64,000 nucleotides of DNA from a virus, in IMG/VR virus record IMGVR_UViG_3300047160_002226, positions 32,001 to 96,000 of that record; one strand, written 5' to 3'. Positions 53,689 to 63,087 of this stretch are shown here, one piece after another. Both the position numbers and the translations under genes were made by a program. How positions within the stretch are numbered: the stretch's first letter is position 1; every line of letters starts with the position of its first letter. The notes beneath the pieces are model-generated. The model did not search any database, had not been told where the DNA came from, and was given only the letters and a program-made list of their open reading frames with translations.

Positions 53689-56610
53689 ATGACGGATCTC
53701 CCTATCCTCAACGACCCCCACTGCACGCGCTGTCACCTTCACCAAGAAGCCACGAACGTCTGCGTCCCGTCGAAGGGCTCAGAGAACCCTGAGATTCTGC
53801 TTGTAGGTATTGGCCCAGGTTACAACGAGGACAAGAAGGGTGAATGCTTCATCGGACCTGCTGGTCAGATGCTCGACTCCATGCTCAAGGAAGCAAACGT
53901 TCCAGTTGAGAAGGTCCGCTTCGCCAATCTGGTTCGATGTGTTCCTTGGCAGAACAAAGCGACGGCTAAAGTACGTGACCCCACCTTTGAAGAGATCCAG
54001 ATCTGTGCTCCATACTTGCTAGCAGAGATCGCAAAGTACAAGCCAAAGGTCATCGTCCCTCTGGGAGCTGTCGTAGCTAACTACTTCAACCCTCAAGCTG
54101 AGGGGCAGCGTATCTCTGCGCTTCGTGGTAAGCCGACGAATTGGAAGCATCCGACTACCAACGACGAATACGCAATCTTGCCGACGTTTCACCCTGCGGC
54201 TGTCTGCCGTGCAGAGCATATGTACCGCAGGCACGTGGTCAACGACTTCCTTTTCGTCAATCAGCTCATCGGCGCGAAGGACGTATTCGAGGGAACTCAT
54301 TACGAGCTGCTGGACACGGAGGAGAAGATCCGTGCCGCAGTAGATCGTATGTTGAGGCTGAACGCGATTGACGAAGACTTCGTCGTGTCAGTTGATACTG
54401 AGACTGGATTCGCTGACAACATTCCAGAGAAGTATCCGCGCACGAGGAAGCAGATACAACTCAACCCGTTCGACCCATTCCACACCCTTGTGTCGGTGCA
54501 GCTTTCATTTGCTCCGAAGCAGGGCTACATCATCCTTCTCCACCACAAGGACTCAACTTTCACTGATACTCTCCAGCATTCGATGATCCGCTTCCACTTG
54601 CAGCGGCTCTTCGACGTGGTGAAGGTTGCAGGTCAGAATTTCAAGTTCGATTACAAGGAATTTCTCGTCAAGCTCGGAGTTGAAGTCAAGCACTTCTACT
54701 TCGACGCCATGCTTGCTCACTTCTTGCGCTACGGCAAGGACGATCCTCGTAGCTTGGAGTCGATTGGAGCCCGCTTCATAGATATGGCGGGTTACAAGAG
54801 CGAGATGGGTAAGGCCCTGGCAACGCTCCCAGAGGAGCGCAGGCACATGGGCTACGTCGATCTTGACAAGCTCATCCGCTACGGCTGTGGTGACTCTGAC
54901 GCTGTAATGCGGTACATGAAGCTCATAAAGCCTGAGCTAGAGGAAATGGGCTTCTGGGGCGTCTACACTGACATCCTTCAACAAGCAACGGTCTCTGCAG
55001 CTATCGTTGAGACCAATGGCATGTTCCTCGACAGGACTCGTCACGAGAAGCTCAAGGAGGAGTTCCCGAAGGAGCTGGCGAAGCTCACTGAGACCATGCG
55101 TAGCAGCGCATGGATCAAGGCATTCGAGCTTGAGTGGGAGACTGAGAAGAAGCAACAGGCGCTCACCGAAGCGATCATCAAGCAGCACCAGACAGGTAAG
55201 CCGAAGAAGCCGAAGACGGTAAAGCCGATCATCTTCAAGCCCAGCTCGTCACGTCACCTCACACGGCTCTTCTTCCAGACTATGAAGCTCCCTACCAAGG
55301 GGCTCAAGAGGACGAAGAGTGGCAAGGGCTACAAAACCGACAAGACCACCCGCGATATCCTGCTCAACTTCTGCAAGGAGCAGAAGAATGAAGAGGGCGC
55401 CAAGCTCATAGCTGCTATCCAGCTATGGAAGATCAAGGACAAGCTCAATTCGGCCTATGTAAAGAACGCACATAAGCTGATCTATGACGACGGCACCTAC
55501 CCGCATAGCATGGGGGAGTTCAAGCCTGAGACGATTGTGCCTTGGTGCTTCCACTCGAACATCAAGCTAGAAGGCACGCATACAGGGCGTCTATCGGTCG
55601 AGCTTCCAAACTTCCAGCAGGTGCCACGCAAGTCTCTTATCAAGTGGATGTTCGTGTCTCGCTATCACGACGTTGGCGGGTTCATGATGCAGGGAGACTA
55701 TTCACAGGCAGAGCTTCGTGTGCTCGCGATGCTTGCTGGTGAGACCTCCATGCTCGAAGCCTTTGGTAAGGGCGACGACATACATATGTATGTCGCTTCC
55801 ATGGTGTTCGGAAAGCATGGTAAGCCTCTGGAGCGATCTCAGATCACCAAGGCAATGCGTTCGATTGCGAAGTCGGCTTCGTTCGGCATCGTCTACGGCA
55901 TGGGAGCCCCAGCTCTTGCCCTCAAGTTCGGAACGTCTGTTGAAGAGGCTCAACAGATCATTAACACACTCTATTCTGTCTTCCCGAAGCTCCGTCCCTG
56001 GATGGACGCGAAGATACAGGAGTGCCGTGACTATGGGCTCGTTACTAGCCCGATGGGCAGGGTTCGTTTCATCCCTGATATCTGGTTCGTTGGTGACGAC
56101 TCGAAGCACCAAGAACTTGTCCGTGCAGGAGCCGAAAGGCGTGCCGTCAATACTCCAATCCAGAGTGCCGCGTCAGACTGGAATCTCTGCGCCCTGAACG
56201 CAATCGTACCGCGAACTCGTGGTATGAAGTCTCTCCCCGTTGCGACGATTCACGACGCGATCATGTTCGATGTGCATCCCATGGAGTTCTTCACTGTGCT
56301 GCACGTCATGAAGGAAGAAATGATGCCGAACCTCCAGAAGAGGTTCGACTGGATCACGCTCACGCCCAAGGCCGATTTCGAGTTTGGCGAAAACTGGCAG
56401 GCGATGACGGACTTCGAGGAAGAAGCCCCAGGCATCTTCAAGATCAAGGGTCCTCCCAAGGATCTAAAGCTCAACCTTGAGCACATACATGAGAAGGGTG
56501 GTCTCGATCTCGAATGGATAGATCAGATCTTTGTGGAGAAGAAGGAAGAGGACTCCTGGTGCAGAGTGAAGCTACAGCTACCCACCTTCGCATCCGCAGC
56601 ACAGAGGTGA
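53689..56610 (+). CDS. polA: family A DNA polymerase with N-terminal family-4 uracil-DNA-glycosylase domain and 3'-5' exonuclease
   Basis: UDG: CTRC, G.GPG..E...G..F.G.AG, HPAA. Exonuclease: VDTET, QNFKFD, YGCGD. Polymerase: TGRLS, DYSQAELR, R..AK...FG..YG, IHDA. Confidence 0.95.
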   Translation: MTDLPILNDPHCTRCHLHQEATNVCVPSKGSENPEILLVGIGPGYNEDKKGECFIGPAGQMLDSMLKEANVPVEKVRFANLVRCVPWQNKATAKVRDPTFEEIQICAPYLLAEIAKYKPKVIVPLGAVVANYFNPQAEGQRISALRGKPTNWKHPTTNDEYAILPTFHPAAVCRAEHMYRRHVVNDFLFVNQLIGAKDVFEGTHYELLDTEEKIRAAVDRMLRLNAIDEDFVVSVDTETGFADNIPEKYPRTRKQIQLNPFDPFHTLVSVQLSFAPKQGYIILLHHKDSTFTDTLQHSMIRFHLQRLFDVVKVAGQNFKFDYKEFLVKLGVEVKHFYFDAMLAHFLRYGKDDPRSLESIGARFIDMAGYKSEMGKALATLPEERRHMGYVDLDKLIRYGCGDSDAVMRYMKLIKPELEEMGFWGVYTDILQQATVSAAIVETNGMFLDRTRHEKLKEEFPKELAKLTETMRSSAWIKAFELEWETEKKQQALTEAIIKQHQTGKPKKPKTVKPIIFKPSSSRHLTRLFFQTMKLPTKGLKRTKSGKGYKTDKTTRDILLNFCKEQKNEEGAKLIAAIQLWKIKDKLNSAYVKNAHKLIYDDGTYPHSMGEFKPETIVPWCFHSNIKLEGTHTGRLSVELPNFQQVPRKSLIKWMFVSRYHDVGGFMMQGDYSQAELRVLAMLAGETSMLEAFGKGDDIHMYVASMVFGKHGKPLERSQITKAMRSIAKSASFGIVYGMGAPALALKFGTSVEEAQQIINTLYSVFPKLRPWMDAKIQECRDYGLVTSPMGRVRFIPDIWFVGDDSKHQELVRAGAERRAVNTPIQSAASDWNLCALNAIVPRTRGMKSLPVATIHDAIMFDVHPMEFFTVLHVMKEEMMPNLQKRFDWITLTPKADFEFGENWQAMTDFEEEAPGIFKIKGPPKDLKLNLEHIHEKGGLDLEWIDQIFVEKKEEDSWCRVKLQLPTFASAAQR

Positions 56611-57374
56611 TGCTCTACAACGAGGATTGGCTCAATGGATTCCGTCGCTTCACTGAGGCGACTGACGTGGTTGTAACCTCACCCCCATACAACTTGGGTG
56701 TGAACTACAACACCTACGATGACGACATTCCACGTGATGCCTATTTGCGCTGGACAGAGCGATGGATTGCTGCTGTAGCTTTCGTACTCAAGAAGGATGG
56801 CTCCTTCTTCCTCAACATGGGCGGGAAACCGTCCGATATGACAGGCCCGTTCGATGTGCTTGAGGTTGCACGTAAATTCTTCAAGCTCCAGAACGTTATT
56901 CACTGGATCAAGTCGATCAACGTCGATGGTGTGACTCGTGGTCACTGTAAACCAATCAACAGTGATCGGTATCTAACAGATCAACACGAATACATCTTCC
57001 ACTTGACACATAATGGAGATGTTCTCCTCAACAAACTCGCAGTTGGGGTAGAATATGCGGACAAGTCGAACCTGACAAGAGGCTCGCGGGGTAAGAACGG
57101 CGACTGTCGGGATCGAGGTAACACTTGGTTCATCAACTACGCCACAAGGCGGGAGAAGAAGTCTCACCCAACAACGTTTCCCGTCGAACTTCCTGAGTGG
57201 TGCATCAAGCTTCACGGCGTTGACAAGGCGAAGCTAGTTGTAGATCCATTCATGGGAAGCGGAACTACTGCTGTTGCTGGTGTTAGGTTGGGTGTGCCGA
57301 AGGTCGCAGGCTTCGAGATCGACACGCTCTATCACGCTGCTGCTGTCACTGAACTCTGCGGACAACAACTATGA
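56610..57374 (+). CDS. beta-class amino DNA methyltransferase (N4-C likely), M.MjaV-like
   Basis: VVTSPPYN precedes DPFMGSGTT; central GH.KPINSDRYL...HEYIFH...L.KLA.GV.Y.DKSN...RDRGNTWFI.Y resembles my recollection of M.MjaV (GTAC). Confidence 0.88.
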   Translation: MLYNEDWLNGFRRFTEATDVVVTSPPYNLGVNYNTYDDDIPRDAYLRWTERWIAAVAFVLKKDGSFFLNMGGKPSDMTGPFDVLEVARKFFKLQNVIHWIKSINVDGVTRGHCKPINSDRYLTDQHEYIFHLTHNGDVLLNKLAVGVEYADKSNLTRGSRGKNGDCRDRGNTWFINYATRREKKSHPTTFPVELPEWCIKLHGVDKAKLVVDPFMGSGTTAVAGVRLGVPKVAGFEIDTLYHAAAVTELCGQQL

Positions 57375-57877
57375 CAGACCAATACGACGATCAAGCACAC
57401 TACGGTCACACAAATGACCCAATCGACAAACTACGGAAAGGAGGTCAATTCAAGGAGATTGACGCTCAGCTCGTGTCGTTTCAAAAGGGTATGGAAGAGC
57501 TTGCACTAGCTGAATCTGGCTCTTTTGGCAGCGAACCTAAACTGGATCAACTAGCCCGTGCAACGTCGTATCTCACTCAATCAGCTTCAATAGTGCATGG
57601 GGTGTTGAGAAAGTTGAAGTGGGAGCTGCACAAGAAGGAACGTACGCTCTACCTTGAGACTCGAAACCGCTATGTAACAAAACCAACGGAAAAGGTCATA
57701 GAGGGAGAGATGCTCAAGGACAAAGCGTTCGTTACTCTTACGGAGAAAGTCAACGAACTAGAAGAGATTGCAGATCTCTTTGACAGCCAAGCGAAACAAA
57801 TTCAATCGAAGCAATGGCTACGACACCAGTACAAGAAAGAAGACAATAACCTCTACCAGTCGAGACGCTACGAATAG
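57371..57877 (+). CDS. UvsY-like recombination mediator (putative)
   Basis: Coiled coil with KPTEKVIE motif, positioned before SSB and RecA. Confidence 0.5.
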   Translation: MTDQYDDQAHYGHTNDPIDKLRKGGQFKEIDAQLVSFQKGMEELALAESGSFGSEPKLDQLARATSYLTQSASIVHGVLRKLKWELHKKERTLYLETRNRYVTKPTEKVIEGEMLKDKAFVTLTEKVNELEEIADLFDSQAKQIQSKQWLRHQYKKEDNNLYQSRRYE

Positions 57878-57885
57878 GAGACACT

Positions 57886-58896
57886 ATGGCTTCCAAACTA
57901 GACCTCAACCTCATCAAGCAGAAGGCCCAAGAGATCGCTCAGCGTGAGAAGGATCGCGCCGAATTCAAGAGCGGCGACCGTGGCCCTGGCCTCTTCCTCA
58001 AGATCCCGAAGGGCATGTTCGAGTTCTATCTCGCTCCTCCGTGGAACAATGAAGGAAAGCTTGCCAAGGAGCTGTACACGCACTTCTCAGTCGGCCCGAA
58101 CAAGAACGTGGTTGAGTGCGTTCAGCTCTCTTACCCGCAGCTCGGACTCAAGTGCGAGGTTCATGAGATCATCGACCAGGCGAAGGACAAGGTCAACCTG
58201 CAGCGCCAGCGTGCAGCGTTTACTCCTCGCGTGAACATCTATCTTCCCGACTCTGATACGAATCGTGCTAACGCCGATCTCGTCAAGGAGGCACAGCAGC
58301 TTGGTCGCTTGATGATCCTCCAGCTCACAGGTGGAGCGTGGAACCAAGTCATCAACATCCTCGCGAATCCTCGTGTTGGTGACATCACCGACTTGCACAA
58401 TGCTGTGCCCCTCAGCATCACGAAGACCGTCGCTGGTCCTGAGCCACGAGATACGAAGTATCTCGTCCAGGCGCTTCCGTTCCGTGGCCCTATCCTCGAT
58501 GACAATGCTGCTATCGACGCATTGCTCACGAAGCTGCCAGATCTCGACAAGATCTTCACGCCTCCCGATGATGCAAGGAAGGCGAAGTTCCACCAGATCT
58601 GCCAGGACTTCCGTGCGAGTGTGCTGGAACTTTCGTCACATCCGAGCCTCCAGAACCCATCTCCGACGCCTCCTAGTGGGGCTCCTGCTGATGGTAAGTC
58701 GGTCTCTGCTGTGCAGATGGATGCCCAAGGGAAGCCAGTGTGCTTCTCGAACGCGAATGTCTACAACCCCGCCTCTGCGGTTTGTGGCTCATGCGCGTGG
58801 GAAGCAGCCTGCGTGACGGAGATCAAGGCCAAGGCAGCTCGTGGCGAAGTTGACGAGAAGCCTGCCAAGGCAAAGAAGGCTAAGGCTGCTAAGTGA
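57886..58896 (+). CDS. single-stranded DNA-binding protein (gp32-like)
   Basis: FLKIP.G....PP, H...C...C, GDITD......ITK...DTKY.V, LPDLD; strong RBS; position in the operon. Confidence 0.75.
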   Translation: MASKLDLNLIKQKAQEIAQREKDRAEFKSGDRGPGLFLKIPKGMFEFYLAPPWNNEGKLAKELYTHFSVGPNKNVVECVQLSYPQLGLKCEVHEIIDQAKDKVNLQRQRAAFTPRVNIYLPDSDTNRANADLVKEAQQLGRLMILQLTGGAWNQVINILANPRVGDITDLHNAVPLSITKTVAGPEPRDTKYLVQALPFRGPILDDNAAIDALLTKLPDLDKIFTPPDDARKAKFHQICQDFRASVLELSSHPSLQNPSPTPPSGAPADGKSVSAVQMDAQGKPVCFSNANVYNPASAVCGSCAWEAACVTEIKAKAARGEVDEKPAKAKKAKAAK

Positions 58897-60356
58897 GCGT
58901 CATGGCCCCTTCAAAGAAGAAGGGCAAGGAAGACGAGGGGCCTGTTGAGCCCCTCGCTTCTTTCTCTGCCCGAGAATTCGTAGAAGCTTTCAAGAAGAAG
59001 CACGGCGAGAAGTACGCCACGCTCGTCACAGGACTCGACTACGAGTCCGCTGACGTGCCGCTGTACGTCTCGTGCGGCTCCACAGCTCTTGACATCGCCT
59101 TCGGCGGGCTTGGTCTGCCTGGAGGGCGCATCGTTGAGGTCGCTGGTGATAGGTCAGCAGGCAAGTCGCTCCTTGGCGAAGCTGCTTGCATCACGGCACA
59201 GAAGCGTGGTGGTGTTGCGGTGATCCTCGATGCAGAGGGAACCTTCAACAAGTCCCGCTACGGTGCTGCAGGTGGCAACCTCACCGACACGATCTTCATC
59301 GACAAGACCGATACGCTCGAAGACGGTTTCGAGGGTATCGAACGCACGGTGAAGATGCTGCTTGAGATCGAGGGGCTCAAAGGTAAGCCAATCGTTGTGG
59401 TGTGGGACACAATCTGCACCGACAAGACGAGGGCAGAGCAACAGCAAGGCAAGTACTCGATGGGCATGATGTATGGCCCGAAAGTACTCAAGGAAAAACT
59501 GAAAGACCTCGTTCGGCTCATTTCGGGCACGAACGTGAGCTTCCTCATGCTCAACCAGCAGTACGCAGGCAACGTCAAGAACGAACCATCGAAGGTCCAG
59601 CAAGTCTATCAAGGCTCTGGGAAGATCATAGGTGGTGGAGGCGGTCCTGAGTACTACTGCACGATCATCTGTGAGCTGGTTGAGCTTGCCTCTTATCAGT
59701 CGCTTCGGACTGGCAAGCCAGGCAAGCTGATGTCGCTCACGATCCTCAAGTCGAAGATGAGTTCGACACCTCGTAAGGCTGTGTTCGCTTGCGATGAGAT
59801 CGGCGTGGACGACACGATGTCGATCTTCTTCAACCTCTCAAGAACCGCAAGGACTCCTGAGAGGGACAAGCAGGGTCTCATCAGCCACGACCACTTCTCA
59901 GCAAGTGCTTCATGGACCTCTGTGGAGCACCCAAAGTTCGGGAAGATCTCATGGCAGAACGAGGAAGGTTTCTACAAGCACGTGCAGAAGCACGGTGAAG
60001 AACTCGTAAGTTGGCTTGCGGGTTTGTTGTGGGACCTCTTCCCAGCTTCACCACCGACGATTGATATCGCGGACGCGGCTTACGTCGAGAAGCACAAGCT
60101 ACACAGCCCGTGGGTCACGGAAGGTAAGCAGTATGTCCGCTGCCCAATCTCCAACCATCGCTGTGAGCCTGGCGCCTGGACTATGTGTCAGGCAGTGTTC
60201 TTTACGGCGTGTGAGAAGAAGCTGCCTGACGTACAGCCTCTCAAGCGGGTCTATCACGATCCGCTAGTGATCGACGCGGAGATCCCAGATCCGCCGAAGC
60301 CTGACTCGAAGACGAAAGCTGAGGACATACTTCGGAAGTTGACCGACGATGCCTGA
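58893..60356 (+). CDS. recA: RecA/UvsX-like recombinase
   Basis: S.GS.ALD.A.G..GLP.GRIVE.AG..S.GKS, LDAE, VVWDT, LNQ, GG. Confidence 0.9.
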   Translation: MSVMAPSKKKGKEDEGPVEPLASFSAREFVEAFKKKHGEKYATLVTGLDYESADVPLYVSCGSTALDIAFGGLGLPGGRIVEVAGDRSAGKSLLGEAACITAQKRGGVAVILDAEGTFNKSRYGAAGGNLTDTIFIDKTDTLEDGFEGIERTVKMLLEIEGLKGKPIVVVWDTICTDKTRAEQQQGKYSMGMMYGPKVLKEKLKDLVRLISGTNVSFLMLNQQYAGNVKNEPSKVQQVYQGSGKIIGGGGGPEYYCTIICELVELASYQSLRTGKPGKLMSLTILKSKMSSTPRKAVFACDEIGVDDTMSIFFNLSRTARTPERDKQGLISHDHFSASASWTSVEHPKFGKISWQNEEGFYKHVQKHGEELVSWLAGLLWDLFPASPPTIDIADAAYVEKHKLHSPWVTEGKQYVRCPISNHRCEPGAWTMCQAVFFTACEKKLPDVQPLKRVYHDPLVIDAEIPDPPKPDSKTKAEDILRKLTDDA

Positions 60357-61299
60357 TACAACGCTTCTTTTCGATGGCAACCACCTGATGCATAGGGTGT
60401 CCCATCTGAAAGAGCTTGAAGGTCTCACTACGCGCGACGGAACGCCTACGGGGGCGGTCATGGGGTTTCTCCGTGCCATCCACGGCTCCGTCGTGCGTTT
60501 TGAGCCTACCCGTATCATCGTCGTGTGGGACGACTCTCATTCAGAGCGTAGAAAGAAGCTCTTGCCAGCCTACAAGGTCCGAGCTGAGCCGAAGACCGAA
60601 AAGGATAAGCTGGAGCTTGCTGAGCGAATCAGGAAGTGGAATATCCAGAAGCCGCTCCTCAAGGAGCTTCTTCCAAAGCTAGCCATTCGCCAGCTACAGA
60701 TCCCAGGCTACGAGGGTGACGACGCGCTAGAGCTACTTTGCCGTGACCTTCAAGGCAAAACGATCATCGTCTCAGAAGACAAGGATCTTTTCCAGCTTGT
60801 AGAAGAGAATATCTCGATCTATCGGCCTATCCGTGACGAGCTGGTCTCATTCGACAACGTATCTGAGCACATGGGGGTAGTTCGCGATGGATTCGTTTTC
60901 CTCAAGGCTATCGTCGGGGATGACTCAGACTGTATCCCAGGGGTTCCTGGCGTTGGCCCTGTCACTGCCTCCAAGCTTCTCAATGAAGCCCAGAAGATGT
61001 TCGACGGTGGTGATTGGACGCCGCGCCTTGTCAAGAAGCTGGCGGCGGGTGCTTTAGACAAGCGGACACAGAAGATAGCTGAGCAGTGGGAAGTAGTAGA
61101 ACGTAACTTGGAGCTAGTAGACCTTCGTAAAGTCGAAGCTAGTCCAGAAGCGCGCGGCATGGTAGAATCCGTGCTATCTACCGACAAGTCAGGGATGGCC
61201 CCCGACTTGGCCCTTATCCGAGAGTTTCAGCGACTTGAGATGGAGTCTATCCTCTCGATGTTTGGCACATGGATCGTGCCGTTTCGGAGGCTAACATGA
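60349..61299 (+). CDS. 5'-3' exonuclease/flap endonuclease (T4 RNase H/PolI N-terminal-like)
   Basis: LFDGN...R, VWD, R....P.YK, EGDD, SEDKDL.QL, GD.SD.IPGVPGVG..TA. Confidence 0.93.
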   Translation: MPDTTLLFDGNHLMHRVSHLKELEGLTTRDGTPTGAVMGFLRAIHGSVVRFEPTRIIVVWDDSHSERRKKLLPAYKVRAEPKTEKDKLELAERIRKWNIQKPLLKELLPKLAIRQLQIPGYEGDDALELLCRDLQGKTIIVSEDKDLFQLVEENISIYRPIRDELVSFDNVSEHMGVVRDGFVFLKAIVGDDSDCIPGVPGVGPVTASKLLNEAQKMFDGGDWTPRLVKKLAAGALDKRTQKIAEQWEVVERNLELVDLRKVEASPEARGMVESVLSTDKSGMAPDLALIREFQRLEMESILSMFGTWIVPFRRLT

Positions 61300-62048
61300 C
61301 TCTCAACACGTCCGAGGAAGGTTATCGAGACCTCTGTGACTTCCTACTGCTCACAGAGGACCGCGATCTGGAGACTGGCAAGTTCCTCATGACCTACGCC
61401 ACGCTCCATGAAGTCTTTGACGGAAAAACGCTTCTCACACGGATACGCGAAGCTTCGTCAGCTTTTCGTCTTGATAGAGATAAATTTGAGGCTGGCAACG
61501 CCGACAAGAAGTACCCAAAGTGGGATCCACGGTGGAAGCCTGACATCAGGCCATTCTTCTGTTCACTGTTCTTCAATTGCATCCAGTTCACACACCGTAT
61601 TCCAGATGAGGCCGATATCAGTCACTTACTCAAGACGTACTGGCCGAAGGAACCGTCACTACAGCTACCTTGGCGCACCGAGCGCACGGTGAATGGTCGA
61701 ATTCATAACGCCGTCATGGGCAATCTCCGCGATATCGCCACTGGTGCTGAATTGTTGCTCATTCGCCCAAAGGCGCGATATGTGAAGGACTACTCGAAGG
61801 ATATTCACGATAAAACCGATTTCTGCTATGAGGAGCGCACTGCATCGGTGCCATGTACTTTGAAAGCGGCGCGTTACTCTGACCATGACAACACAAAGGT
61901 GGAGGGAGAACGCAGCAAGTACAAACTGATCCGCGAGGTAGGATCGAATCCATTCGGGCTAGAGATTCCGTCTAAGGCTGACTTGCAGGATCTTGCTAAA
62001 CATCTCGGGAGCTTGCTCCATGCGCCGAACCCTTCTCCTATTCAGTGA
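61296..62048 (+). CDS. hypothetical protein, possible PD-(D/E)xK-like nuclease
   Basis: GGAGG RBS and ATGA coupling; GRI.NA...LRD and D...KTD motifs only weakly suggest a nuclease. Confidence 0.55.
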   Translation: MTLNTSEEGYRDLCDFLLLTEDRDLETGKFLMTYATLHEVFDGKTLLTRIREASSAFRLDRDKFEAGNADKKYPKWDPRWKPDIRPFFCSLFFNCIQFTHRIPDEADISHLLKTYWPKEPSLQLPWRTERTVNGRIHNAVMGNLRDIATGAELLLIRPKARYVKDYSKDIHDKTDFCYEERTASVPCTLKAARYSDHDNTKVEGERSKYKLIREVGSNPFGLEIPSKADLQDLAKHLGSLLHAPNPSPIQ

Positions 62049-63087
62049 TTTCCACATCTCGTCTGCAGGAAGGCGTACACTGCGCCGCCTTGACGAGTGC
62101 ATGGCTACTGCCAAGTGGATTGCGGACCTCATCGAACTGACAAGTCCGAACCTTGTCGTCAATCTTGGCGATACGTTCGACAACCACGCCATACTCGATG
62201 TGCCTTCGCTATGTACTGGCTGGCGGGCAATGGGGCTCATCGCACAAGCTTGCAAGACGCAGCAGATTGCCTATGTGATTATCCCTGGAAACCACGATGC
62301 CTATGATAAGAACTATGCTTCTGTCGAGGTTTTTCGTGATCTCGGATCTCACGTCTACTTGCCGTTCAAGTCAACAATCGTGGGAGGCTTCGGGTTCTTT
62401 CCATTCACGAAGCGTTTTGATCTAGCAACGAATGAGCTTCACGCACTCGAAGAGAAGTGTCCAGCCGTTCTAACTCACGTGGATGTCATCAATGCATCGT
62501 TTGCCAATCCAGCTATACAGAGCCCGAACACTCGCTCGCCCGTTGGTGTCGATCCTCACGCCTTCCGAGGACCGATTTTCTGCGGTCACTACCATCACCC
62601 AGCCGATCTCGGAGCCTTCCGATTCATCGGTTCCGTCATGTACCACAACTTCACGGACGAGGTGGTTCCTGGTCGGCCTCGTGGCGTCACTCTGGCGACG
62701 TTTGACGACGCCCGCTTGATCTCGACCAAAGTATTCCCGAACGGGAATAGCCCTGTCTACGTCAAAGCATCATCGTTCAACACCAAGTCTATAGAGTCGC
62801 TGCTTGCGATACCTATTCCCGAACGGGAACGAACTCACGTTTCGGTGAAGTCCGACGAGAAGAACGCTCCGAAGGTCAAGGAGAAACTGGAGTATGCTGG
62901 CTTTGCTTCCTTCCGTATCGTCATTGAGAAGGAGCCAGAAGCTATCAGTCGAAATGGAGATGTCACTCCTGATACGAATCCCGTGGAAGTTCTTGACAAC
63001 TACATGAAGGCCAAAGGCACGGCTGAACTTGACGGGAAGAGGCTCAGGGCAGTTGGCGAGGATATGCTCAAGGAGGCGCGGTTGTGA
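62020..63087 (+). CDS. sbcD: recombination nuclease SbcD/Mre11 (gp47-like)
   Basis: SDFH, LGDTFD, PGNHD, H, GHYH metallophosphoesterase motifs. Confidence 0.93.
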   Translation: MRRTLLLFSDFHISSAGRRTLRRLDECMATAKWIADLIELTSPNLVVNLGDTFDNHAILDVPSLCTGWRAMGLIAQACKTQQIAYVIIPGNHDAYDKNYASVEVFRDLGSHVYLPFKSTIVGGFGFFPFTKRFDLATNELHALEEKCPAVLTHVDVINASFANPAIQSPNTRSPVGVDPHAFRGPIFCGHYHHPADLGAFRFIGSVMYHNFTDEVVPGRPRGVTLATFDDARLISTKVFPNGNSPVYVKASSFNTKSIESLLAIPIPERERTHVSVKSDEKNAPKVKEKLEYAGFASFRIVIEKEPEAISRNGDVTPDTNPVEVLDNYMKAKGTAELDGKRLRAVGEDMLKEARL

